Assembly (NCBI GenBank): GCA_964599995.1
Contig: CAZRHZ010000001.1
Coordinates: forward strand, 1-57,258
Direction of reading: 5' to 3'
DNA: 57,258 nt
Source: an uncultured Anaerolinea sp.
GTDB taxonomy: Bacteria; Chloroflexota; Anaerolineae; Anaerolineales; Anaerolineaceae
Shown here: in pieces, positions 38,501 to 46,119 of the stretch
How positions within the stretch are numbered: position 1 is the first letter of the stretch
Layout: each line of letters opens with the position of its first letter
Program-made: the position numbers and the translations under genes
Notes under the pieces: model-generated
Told to the model about the DNA's origin: nothing
Database searches by the model: none
Seen by the model: the letters and a program-made list of their open reading frames with translations, nothing else

Positions 38501-39790
38501 GAAGAAGCCTACATCACCACCGTCCTTTTGCAGGTTGCCCAGGCTGTGGTAAGCCAGAACCGTTTGGACGATATTTTGGACACGATCATCCATCTCATGC
38601 CAATCCTGGTGGGCGTTGAGACTTGCGCGATCCTTATGCGGGATGAAAAGACCTCTCGGTTCATCACTTCAAACGCAATCGCTCCAACGCACGCTGAGAC
38701 TTCTGATCTTCTTCAACAAACTTATGAAACGGGAGAATTTCCGTTGCTTGACCAACTTCTTCAGAGTGAAGGCATCCTTTCGTGTGCGCTGGAATCGCCC
38801 GACCTGCCATTTACAGAATGGAAAACTTTACGCTGCCAAAATAGTGATGAAACCCTTGCCTCACCAAATCAACACTGGTTGTTGGGAGTACCCCTTGCGA
38901 TCAAGGGAGTGGTTTATGGGGTTTTACTTGCCAAAGAAACCAACGTCCTGCCTGAGTTCCATGCCAAACGCATCGAACTAATCAAGGGGGTCGCCCAACA
39001 AACCGCACTGGCCATCCAGAATGAACGTCTCAAGCAAGAGATGGTAGGCAGAGAACGAGTGGAACGCGAATTCCAACTGGCCAGAGAAATCCAGCAAACC
39101 TTTTTACCTGAGGAGCTGCCCCAACATCCCGATTGGGCTATTGACAGACGATGGAAAACCGCACGTGAAGTAGGTGGTGATTTTTATGACGCCTTTTTTA
39201 CAAAGGATGGCCGCATTGCACTGGTAATCGCAGATGTAGCAGACAAGGGGATGCCTGCTGCCTTATACATGACTGTGACACGCACCCTGATAAGAGCTAT
39301 TTCTCAAAATCTAAGTTCTCCCAGTAAAGTGTTAGAAAGAGTGAATGAACTGCTTGAAGCAGAAACACGCAACGGCATGTTCGTGACAGCCTTTTTAGGA
39401 TTGCTTAATCTGCACACCGGAGAGATCGAATATGCCAACGCAGGGCATAACCTTCCCTTACTCTTTCGAAAAGAGAAATGTGAGGTTGAACGGCTGGAGA
39501 AGGATGGTATCGCATTGGGAGTTCTAGAAAACGCAAAGTACCATGACAAAAAAGCAACACTCAATGCTTCTGATAGTTTATTGCTTTATACCGATGGAGT
39601 CACAGAATCTTTCTCAGCCAGTGGCGAATTATTTACTGAGTCCCGCCTGGTGGAAGCGCTGCTGCATTCTTATCATGAAAGCGCTACGGATTTATTGGAA
39701 GCAATCGAAAACAGTGTCCATGAATTCGCCGGCGGTGAACCCCCATCCGACGATATGACCATGATCGCAATTTATCGAAAACCGGGATGA
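35567..39790 (+). CDS. Fusion protein: RsbW/SpoIIAB-type Ser kinase (HATPase_c) + six GAF-like modules + PP2C/SpoIIE phosphatase
   Basis: 1407 aa. Residues 1-135 carry EAVSNIIEHAY (N box), DHGKPFDP and GLGVYLM. Residues ~150-1135 hold six ~160-aa GAF-like repeats. Each ends in a pattern such as GVLDVQS, GILDLQS, GVLAMAH or GVLLAKE, followed by ...A.AI.NA.L. Residues ~1150-1407 carry REIQQTFLP, GGDFYD, ADVADKGMPAAL, NAGHN, YTDGVTE and DDMTMI. Confidence 0.85.
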   Translation: MLSKSFPGVYASLAEVADFVKNAVKDVGFNATDLFAIETAVDEAVSNIIEHAYEGEGNGDILCTIETKEDSVKIVLEDHGKPFDPSCIPIPDVTAALEDRSDHGLGVYLMCQLLDDVHFDFLDHINQLTLIKKKSIEEPTPSPTEPLPLWKHFLNLDEELLQQPNAVAICKKFKEIVEKEVHCTARLWLAEPFYPLPGEPDVETLPTAKTAEIVQRALKQKKIVEGHPPSSTGKAEFHEMALPVITQNFTLGVLHVFREGNLPFSEEERNHLDALVAFAAVSMQVNRQEVLKNWRYDQISLVRSVSSQIANVHDLDELAKRVTNLIQCSFEYYNVSLFTIEEGSQILKFRASSHKCTPSADNPLFNITIGQGLVGEVALSGKEIVAQNVNEDPRYRYVEEMPETRSEAVLPLLVENRILGVLDVQSSMVNAFHETDLLVVRSLADTIALAVEGAHLYHNVEEKADQISAVAEIHYALSSILDLDELLKEIVNVIHNRFAIPQVHIYTVHPGRKKVIFQSGSGKLAQKLKTNSFAIDLDSPQGMIPNVARTGQPMLANDVSLEPLYKPGKDKSSVIKSEMTIPLKFGNEVLGILDLQSHEAGIFDQNQLNLFEGLAAGIALSIRNASLFRSEKWRRKVAETFKDVAGMLSSNIALDALLDNILYQLEQTLPCDASAIWLLDDVDESDDKEKRLRLAVVRGVERDKVIESLEDSVAVRKFLDLAMEGKQPVTRAPNDPFGPLGAACCYQKNYSSIAVPLLSGDDVIGVLAMAHHAEGRYGSEATLISSTFASYAAVAIDNARLYANAQEDAWSSTVLLQAAEAIQSITEVNELLSTMIRLTPLLVGINHCAIYLKNPIDQSYRLESWYGFTPDDQRMAFRDDDTLAFLKMRVTGEPVFITNPSDELGITSISFDPLTGTIVLIPLLSHGKILGGFLVSHNSLGEFGIRNVFNDQTLAILQGIARQTSIALENIRLVENRQEEAYITTVLLQVAQAVVSQNRLDDILDTIIHLMPILVGVETCAILMRDEKTSRFITSNAIAPTHAETSDLLQQTYETGEFPLLDQLLQSEGILSCALESPDLPFTEWKTLRCQNSDETLASPNQHWLLGVPLAIKGVVYGVLLAKETNVLPEFHAKRIELIKGVAQQTALAIQNERLKQEMVGRERVEREFQLAREIQQTFLPEELPQHPDWAIDRRWKTAREVGGDFYDAFFTKDGRIALVIADVADKGMPAALYMTVTRTLIRAISQNLSSPSKVLERVNELLEAETRNGMFVTAFLGLLNLHTGEIEYANAGHNLPLLFRKEKCEVERLEKDGIALGVLENAKYHDKKATLNASDSLLLYTDGVTESFSASGELFTESRLVEALLHSYHESATDLLEAIENSVHEFAGGEPPSDDMTMIAIYRKPG

Positions 39791-40186
39791 TTAATTTCCT
39801 GAAAACAGCGCCAGCCAGATTTGCCAATTTTCAACGGACTCAGGTGTGGAAGTCACTATAACCTCAGGGATTGGGGTGGCGCCAGATGGCGAAAGAGGGA
39901 TGATCAGGTTTTCACCTGGTCGGGTCATGTGCCCTTCTTCGTAAGCCCATTGTTCAACCGCTCCTTCTGAGTTTGAAAAGGCAACCTGGGTATCAAGGGC
40001 GTTCAAAGTGCTTTGCAACTGAGAAATAACGGTGGCGGCTTTTTCTTGTTGAGCACTCAGACGCGCCAGTTCGTTCAATCGATTATTTAAATCCATTACC
40101 AAAAAAAACATAACGATGCCAAACACAGCAAAGCCCACTTTTTTCATGTTCACCGGGATCTTGCGCGTTCGCTTTTTTTGTTCCAT
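39791..40186 (-). CDS. Septum formation initiator-like protein (FtsB/DivIC family)
   Basis: 131 aa. A basic N-terminus is followed by a single TM helix (VGFAVFGIVMFFLVM) and a coiled coil (LNNRLNELARLSAQQEKAATVISQLQSTLNALD). Confidence 0.6.
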   Translation of the reverse strand: MEQKKRTRKIPVNMKKVGFAVFGIVMFFLVMDLNNRLNELARLSAQQEKAATVISQLQSTLNALDTQVAFSNSEGAVEQWAYEEGHMTRPGENLIIPLSPSGATPIPEVIVTSTPESVENWQIWLALFSGN

Positions 40187-40192
40187 AGGCCA

Positions 40193-40198
40193 ATCTTA
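40193..40198 (-). promoter_or_regulatory. Putative -10 hexamer (TAAGAT) for a leaderless ftsB-like mRNA
   Basis: On the minus strand TAAGAT is followed by 6 nt and then the ATG (40186). There is no SD. Confidence 0.3.
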
Positions 40199-40224
40199 CA
40201 CTATTCCCCCATGCCAGGCAAGAC

Positions 40225-40252
40225 AAAACCCGCGGATTTCACCGCGGGTTTT
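40225..40252 (-). terminator. Intrinsic terminator after tRNA-Leu
   Basis: An 11-bp stem AAAACCCGCGG/CCGCGGGTTTT with a 6-nt loop begins 4 nt after the tRNA 3' end. Confidence 0.6.
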
Positions 40253-40256
40253 TGTG

Positions 40257-40341
<85 letters not shown>

Positions 40342-40355
40342 CCAGTTACGCCCTA

Positions 40356-40383
40356 ATTCTATCAAACAATTCGAGAATGTCAA
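40356..40383 (-). promoter_or_regulatory. Sigma70-type promoter of tRNA-Leu
   Basis: On the minus strand TTGACA (40383-40378) is followed by a 16-nt spacer and TAGAAT (40361-40356). This lies 14 nt upstream of the tRNA 5' end. Confidence 0.55.
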
Positions 40384-40446
40384 CGCTGCTCAACCAAATT
40401 CCTAATAAACGGTAGCCCTTCGGTTCGTTTTCGTATCCAAAATGGT

Positions 40447-41418
40447 TTGATTTCTATGCTGATTCTGGTAAACTCATACGTAGATTATTTGATGGGAAAA
40501 AGCATGAAATCTGAATACCCCGATCAAGACATTGATACGCTGAGCAGAGAGGTGAATTCCATCTCATACTACGGGCAGAGATCATCCGCTGAACTGGAAC
40601 ATATGGAAGCCGAGCTTCGACTCACCCTTGAAGAGATCGCGCGTCTGCAAAACGCTCTTGCTGAAGCGAACATGAAAAACACTGCCTTGCAAGCCTCCAT
40701 CGGTTCTCAAAACACAAAAATCGAAGGCGCAAAAATCTTCAAACCTGTCCTGGAGGAACTGCGCCAACCGCTGCATACCATTCAGGGTTATCTGGATCTT
40801 CTCTCAAATGAATCCGTGGGTGTTTTGGGTGCGTTTCAGAAACGATTCATCGAACGTATCACTGGTTCAGTAGAACACATGCAGGCGCTCCTTTTGAATC
40901 TTGAAACGGAATCCAGTGACAATGAAGAACAATCGCAGGCATTCGCCAAGGAATTTTCGATAACGAAGGTGATTGAAGAAACACTCGCGATCTATACAAA
41001 CATGATCCGAAATAAAAAGATCACCTTGCTCATCGAATTTGAAAACGATGAGGTCCAGTTTTATGGCGATCAGGAAACCTTTGAGCGTGTATTGAATATT
41101 CTTTTTACCAACGCCTGCGCGTCTCTTGAAGAAGAAGGAACGTTAACCTTAAATCTAAAGATCCTGAGAGGCAAACGACCAGCCCAGGTATTATTCAGCA
41201 TTCAGGCTAGTAATCACGATTCGCCAAAAGCCAAACCCCTGCCCGTCAACCTGAGTGAATTCAAGGACATTGAAATTAAACTTGAGGGATTCGGTTCACC
41301 CCTTCGGGACTTGATCAAAGCCAATACATTGGTGCAGGATATGCATGGAAAGATCGAAATATTCTCGATCCCATCCAGTGGCTCTCTGCTGCGCTTGAAA
41401 CTACCAGCTTCTTCTTAA
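40447..41418 (+). CDS. Soluble histidine-kinase-like protein (coiled coil + HisKA + degenerate HATPase_c)
   Basis: The H box is ELRQPLHTIQGYLDLL and the N box is VLNILFTNACASL. I could not find clear G1 (DxGxG) or G2 boxes. It has no TM segment and no sensor domain. The start is uncertain, with in-frame ATGs at 40456, 40492 and 40504. Confidence 0.55.
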   Translation: MISMLILVNSYVDYLMGKSMKSEYPDQDIDTLSREVNSISYYGQRSSAELEHMEAELRLTLEEIARLQNALAEANMKNTALQASIGSQNTKIEGAKIFKPVLEELRQPLHTIQGYLDLLSNESVGVLGAFQKRFIERITGSVEHMQALLLNLETESSDNEEQSQAFAKEFSITKVIEETLAIYTNMIRNKKITLLIEFENDEVQFYGDQETFERVLNILFTNACASLEEEGTLTLNLKILRGKRPAQVLFSIQASNHDSPKAKPLPVNLSEFKDIEIKLEGFGSPLRDLIKANTLVQDMHGKIEIFSIPSSGSLLRLKLPASS

Positions 41419-41468
41419 GATCTCCATTTTTACCTTATCAGTTCAAAAAACAAGAGTAGAATACGGAA

Positions 41469-42476
41469 ATGAAAAAAATAATGCCCGTGTTCCTGATCAT
41501 TATGCTTGGATTTGTTTCTTGTGCTCCTGCTTCAACGGCGAAACAAACCGTGGTACCTACATTTTTACCGGCAAATTTTCAGGCTTCCCCAACCAGCGGG
41601 TCAACCCCAACGCCATTTCAACCTATCCCTCCCACCGCGACTGTAACCGCAACAGCCACTGAGAGTTTTTCTACAACCTTATTTTCACCTGTACGCCTTG
41701 ATCTGGAAAAACCCGCCGGCCAGGTAAATATCCTCATTCTTGGGTCAGACTACCGTCCCAACCAGGGTTACCGCACGGATATTTTGATGGTGCTCTCGCT
41801 GAATCCTGATCAAGGGACCGCATCGCTAACCTCTTTTCCGCGTGATCTCTACGTGGAACTTCCTGGCATTGGTATGAACCGAATCAACTCAGCTCAAGCC
41901 AATGGTGGTTTTCAATTGTCCAAAGGAACTTTTTTAAAGAATTTCGACATCAGTCTTGATTACTACATCATGACCAATTTCAGCGGTTTTAAAGCCATAG
42001 TGGATACTCTGGGTGGAATCAGCGTGTATTCAGCCACAGGTCTGACCGATAAATGCGACCTTCCGCAAGCTGTCAATGAATATTGCAGCGTCCCTGTTGG
42101 AACAAGTCTCATGAACGGTGAGACCGCCTTGTGGTACGTCCGGTCAAGGAGTACTGGCAGCGATCTGGACCGAACCAGAAGAGCGCAGGAAGTAATATCT
42201 GCCATTTTTAACAAAACTATGAGTCTAAACGCTCTCAATCGTGGCTCTGAGTTGTATAACCTGTTCATCAACAGCGTTGAGACCAACCTTACCCTCCCCA
42301 CAATCCTTGAATTACTGCCTTTCGCAGGCAATCTCGCCGCAGATCCCTCCATCGTCAAGCGTTACACAATCGGTTCAGAAAATGTGACGAACTACGTGGT
42401 GCCTGAATCAGGCGCGCAGGTCTTGCTTCCTGATACCGCATCCATAAGCGAGATCATCAAACAAGCATTCTATTAA
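41469..42476 (+). CDS. LytR-CpsA-Psr (LCP) family cell-wall glycopolymer ligase
   Basis: 335 aa. A signal/lipobox-like LGFVSCAP is followed by a T/P-rich linker. The LCP core reads NILILGSDYRPNQGYRTDILMVLSLNP...SFPRDLYVELPG...NRINSA. Confidence 0.85.
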   Translation: MKKIMPVFLIIMLGFVSCAPASTAKQTVVPTFLPANFQASPTSGSTPTPFQPIPPTATVTATATESFSTTLFSPVRLDLEKPAGQVNILILGSDYRPNQGYRTDILMVLSLNPDQGTASLTSFPRDLYVELPGIGMNRINSAQANGGFQLSKGTFLKNFDISLDYYIMTNFSGFKAIVDTLGGISVYSATGLTDKCDLPQAVNEYCSVPVGTSLMNGETALWYVRSRSTGSDLDRTRRAQEVISAIFNKTMSLNALNRGSELYNLFINSVETNLTLPTILELLPFAGNLAADPSIVKRYTIGSENVTNYVVPESGAQVLLPDTASISEIIKQAFY

Positions 42477-42557
42477 TATTGGCTTATTGACAATCCTGAA
42501 AAATCCTTGTACACTGGAAACATACAAGGCTATACGAAATTATTTCAGGTGAAACCC

Positions 42558-43451
42558 ATGACTACTCTTCCAGAAACCCATATTACCAGCGACACAACCC
42601 TCCTTCCGGCCATCCGGTCGTGGGAGGTTTTCCTTTTCGATCAAGGCAGATCACGCTTCACCATTAAAGCATTCATTGGCGACTTGAACCTTTTTGCTTC
42701 TTTCTTTGCCCCAGATACCACCATCGGTAACATTACCTCGAATGACATCAACCGTTTTTTGGAGTGGCTGCAAAAAGAAAGAGGTGTGCCCTGCAGCCCC
42801 AAAAGCTTGAGCAGGCGCATCACCTCGATCAAATCATTCTTCCGCTGGCTCACACAGACCGGACGCCTATCCATCGATCCTGCCGAGAAGGTTTTGCAAC
42901 AAAGTGTCATCAGTCCCCTGCCGTTGGTGCTGACCCCCGAAGAGGAATTGAAGGTGATTGAGGCCGCGACCTCGCAGCGCATGTCAACCAAAAAAGACCC
43001 ACGTTCGTATGTGCTGGTCACCCTGCTGCTGGCGACCGGTATTAAAAAAGGTGAATGCCTAGCGCTCAACATGAACCATCTCAATCTGGATGACCCGAAA
43101 AACGCCCATTTCTACGTGCGTTATTCGAGCAGCGCAAACCGGTATAAAGAACGCAAGATCGATTTACCACAGGACTGGGTGGATGTCTTCCCGGAATATG
43201 TCGCGAAATACGCAACCGAGGACCAGGTGTTTCCATGGTCGCCCCGGCGCCTCGAATACCTGCTGGAAGATCTGGGTCGCGAAGCCGGGCTGGAGAAACA
43301 CCTGTCGTTTGACATGTGCCGCTGGACAAGTGCTTTGAATGATTGGCAATCCGGTATGGATAAGGAACTACTACGTCAGAAACTGGGCATTTCAAAGATC
43401 CAATGGCGCGAGATCGGGATGAAGCTGCGCCAACTGGCCGGCGAGAATTAA
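42558..43451 (+). CDS. Tyrosine-recombinase-like protein (XerC/D fold) lacking the catalytic Tyr; probably non-catalytic
   Basis: The preferred start is ATG 42558 with AGGTGA 5 nt upstream; the ORF-track TTG is at 42507. It has an N-terminal SAM-like domain (SWEVFLFDQGRSRFTIKAF...INRFLEWL). By hand alignment to E. coli XerD, ATGIKKGE places Lys at the Arg position. YKERK keeps the Lys. LSFDMCRW has Asp at the His position and keeps the Arg. LGISKIQWREIG has Ile at the His position and Gly at the Tyr nucleophile position. Confidence 0.7.
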   Translation: MTTLPETHITSDTTLLPAIRSWEVFLFDQGRSRFTIKAFIGDLNLFASFFAPDTTIGNITSNDINRFLEWLQKERGVPCSPKSLSRRITSIKSFFRWLTQTGRLSIDPAEKVLQQSVISPLPLVLTPEEELKVIEAATSQRMSTKKDPRSYVLVTLLLATGIKKGECLALNMNHLNLDDPKNAHFYVRYSSSANRYKERKIDLPQDWVDVFPEYVAKYATEDQVFPWSPRRLEYLLEDLGREAGLEKHLSFDMCRWTSALNDWQSGMDKELLRQKLGISKIQWREIGMKLRQLAGEN

Positions 43452-44869
43452 TCCATTTTGACTTGGCTCACTTCCAACCTGAGAAAAACGGTTGTATGCG
43501 GAGTAATTTTTACGCTGTTTGAAATCTGAAATCCCGGTAACCAGATGATCTCTTGATCCTGATTCTTCACAATCGGCCATCCGCGGCGTGCACGCTCTGG
43601 AAGCCCCTTTTTCGTCCAAAAATCAGAAACTTTAATACTCTCTCCTTTAAGGCTGAAAGGTGAAAACCGGTCGCCTGGACGAGTAGTTTCGATAGATAAG
43701 CGATTAATGTTCTTCGCATCAATTTCACAAACGAAGGGGTCATTTGGGCAGTTTTCCCTTTTAATCACTTTTTGGCTTGACATCCACCATCCTCCTCCAA
43801 GGCTGGTTTTGCCGTGAAGGGGTACGTCAAGTGTCATTTCTACACTCATTTGTGGCCAGATTTCAATCAATGGGTCGTGTTGATCGCAGAAAATGATCCG
43901 ATCACGGCCTTCCTTGATCACTTCAACATCCTCTTGCAAGAGAAGATGATTGACATTGCCCTGTTTTTTAATGAATTTTTCACATCGGTTTATGACAGTG
44001 AAATCAATATCCCGCTGGTTGGGTTCGATGCGGTGAATGGCCTCGCGCAAGACCCGTCGCAACAAGGCAGGATGCAGTTGCAGGATCTTCTGACGAGCCA
44101 ATACCAAATAACGCTTCCCCGTAAGAATCAACGCATCTTCAATCATCTTTTGGGTTTCTGTTCGAAGGTAATCGTCTTCATGACCGATCACATCAGACAT
44201 GCTCAGCAGATGTTCCTTAACGCGTGGATTGTAGGAGATCAATTCGGGCAGCAGGGATTGGCGAATGCGATTGCGAAAATAGCGTTCGTCCTGGTTGGAT
44301 TGGTCATAGACCGGCGATAGCTGGTGCGCATGGCAATACTCCAGAATCTCGCGCCGCAAAGTTCCGAGTAAAGGCCGAACCAACGGGATTGTTCCGCTCC
44401 ATTGAGGTTGCAATGAACGCATCTGCATGCCTTTAAGGCCGCTCAAGCCTGATCCACGCAGCAGATGCATCAAAACCGTTTCAGCCTGGTCATCCGCGTT
44501 GTGGGCGACCAAAACCGCTTGCGCATTATGTTTCGATGCCTGCTCAAATAGAAAGCGGTATCGCAAGATTCTGGCGCTTTCTTCAACAGACGATTTCGTC
44601 TCACGAACAAAATCGGATACATCGACCCTGCCAATCACGCATTGAGCCGTACGGTGTTCACAAAATTCTTGCACAAAATGAGATTCTGCCTCAGCTTCAG
44701 GCCTCAATTGGTGATTCACGTGTACCGCAATTACTTTAAAACCTGATTGAAGTATCAGGTCAAGCATACAAAGACTATCAGGCCCACCGGATATACCGGC
44801 CACCAGCGAGCGGTTTGGATCTAAAAGGCAATCGTTAAGGAGGATACTCCGAAATACTCTTGCATGCAT
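43448..44869 (-). CDS. tilS: tRNA(Ile)-lysidine synthetase TilS
   Basis: 473 aa with the PP-loop AGISGGPDSLCMLDL and a TilS C-terminal domain. Confidence 0.9.
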   Translation of the reverse strand: MHARVFRSILLNDCLLDPNRSLVAGISGGPDSLCMLDLILQSGFKVIAVHVNHQLRPEAEAESHFVQEFCEHRTAQCVIGRVDVSDFVRETKSSVEESARILRYRFLFEQASKHNAQAVLVAHNADDQAETVLMHLLRGSGLSGLKGMQMRSLQPQWSGTIPLVRPLLGTLRREILEYCHAHQLSPVYDQSNQDERYFRNRIRQSLLPELISYNPRVKEHLLSMSDVIGHEDDYLRTETQKMIEDALILTGKRYLVLARQKILQLHPALLRRVLREAIHRIEPNQRDIDFTVINRCEKFIKKQGNVNHLLLQEDVEVIKEGRDRIIFCDQHDPLIEIWPQMSVEMTLDVPLHGKTSLGGGWWMSSQKVIKRENCPNDPFVCEIDAKNINRLSIETTRPGDRFSPFSLKGESIKVSDFWTKKGLPERARRGWPIVKNQDQEIIWLPGFQISNSVKITPHTTVFLRLEVSQVKMD

Positions 44870-44875
44870 GCTGAA

Positions 44876-44884
44876 ATTATAGCA
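44876..44884 (-). promoter_or_regulatory. Extended -10 (TGCTATAAT) for a leaderless tilS mRNA
   Basis: On the minus strand TGCTATAAT is followed by 6 nt (TTCAGC) and then the ATG (44869). There is no SD. Confidence 0.45.
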
Positions 44885-44964
44885 TCGGAAAAACCTCCAT
44901 TTATATGCTTGCCTTGAATCTCACAATATGCTAGACTTTTCAGATAAGGGCTAAAGGAAAAGCT

Positions 44965-46119
44965 ATGACAGAGAAAATTTTAATCGTCGATGATGATGTA
45001 GAAACTCTGCGTCTGGTTGGATTAATGCTTCAGCGCCAGGGTTATCAAGTGGTAGCTGCCAATAATGGAACGCAAGCCATCAGCATGGCGCAAAATGAAA
45101 ATCCTGATCTGATCATACTGGATATCATGATGCCAGATATGGACGGTTATCAGGTAACCGCAGAACTAAAAAAAGATGCCTATCTGGCCGAAACACCAAT
45201 CCTCATGTTCACTGCTAAAAGCCAGGTGGATGACAAGGTTGCAGGTTACGACGCGGGTGTGGATGACTACCTAACCAAACCAGTCCACCCTGCGGAATTG
45301 ATCGCCCACGTAAAAGCTCTATTAGGAAGAACACGTGCAAAAATGCCCGTTGCTGCGCCCCTCCCGACCGGATACACGATTGGGATCATGGGATGCAAAG
45401 GAGGATTGGGTGTATCGACTCTCACCCTCAACCTGGCAGCCAGTTACGCCAGGCTGGCGAAGTCGGATGTCATCTCCATCGAAGTGAAACCCGGCCAGGG
45501 AACCTGGTCTTCTGAATTGGGTTTCGCGAGCAACGGTGGTCTGGAAAATTTACTCAAATTAAAGACTTCTGAGATCACACCTGCCGTCGTTGAGAAGCAG
45601 TTGACCACAACCTCATTTGGCGTGCGATTATTACTGGCTTCAAACAAATCTCTGGGTACAGACTACAACCTGCTGGGAGAAAAACTTACAGCGATCATCC
45701 AAGCGCTCGTACACCTGTCACCTGTCATATTATTGGATATCGGCACACCCTTCTTCCCTGGCTTTGAAAAAGTGTGCAGCCAATGTAAAGAAATCCTGGT
45801 GGTGACCGATCCGCAACCCAACACAATCAAACGCACCAGAATTCTTTACGATGAATTGCGCTCAATTGGCTCAGATATTGGAAGGTTGATCAACCTGGTG
45901 CTTTATAACCGGGTTAGATCAGAAGTGCAGTTGTCTTCGACCCAAGTGACCGATCTGATGGGGGGAACCGCCATCACCATGATGATTCCTCCCGCGCCGG
46001 AACTGGCCTATCAAGCCAGCCTGCGCCAATCACCCATGATCAATATTCAGCCTGACAGCCTGGTCGCCCAGCAGATCGATCAGCTCACCAAGGTCGTCCA
46101 AACACAAGTAGGCAAATGA
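44965..46119 (+). CDS. Response-regulator receiver domain fused to a CpaE/TadZ-like MinD/ParA domain with degenerate P-loop
   Basis: 384 aa. The receiver domain reads ILIVDDD...DLIILDIMMPDMDG...TAKS, so the acceptor Asp is present. The Walker A region is GIMGCKGGLGVST. It keeps the signature Lys but has Val where the GK[ST] Lys should be. Confidence 0.75.
   Translation: MTEKILIVDDDVETLRLVGLMLQRQGYQVVAANNGTQAISMAQNENPDLIILDIMMPDMDGYQVTAELKKDAYLAETPILMFTAKSQVDDKVAGYDAGVDDYLTKPVHPAELIAHVKALLGRTRAKMPVAAPLPTGYTIGIMGCKGGLGVSTLTLNLAASYARLAKSDVISIEVKPGQGTWSSELGFASNGGLENLLKLKTSEITPAVVEKQLTTTSFGVRLLLASNKSLGTDYNLLGEKLTAIIQALVHLSPVILLDIGTPFFPGFEKVCSQCKEILVVTDPQPNTIKRTRILYDELRSIGSDIGRLINLVLYNRVRSEVQLSSTQVTDLMGGTAITMMIPPAPELAYQASLRQSPMINIQPDSLVAQQIDQLTKVVQTQVGK

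Noticed and set aside
42507-43451. The integrase-like gene as the edge of an integrated mobile element.
   Set aside because: I saw no flanking direct repeats, adjacent tRNA target, cargo genes or compositional shift, and the catalytic Tyr appears to be absent. The neighbours are core genes (LCP, tilS).
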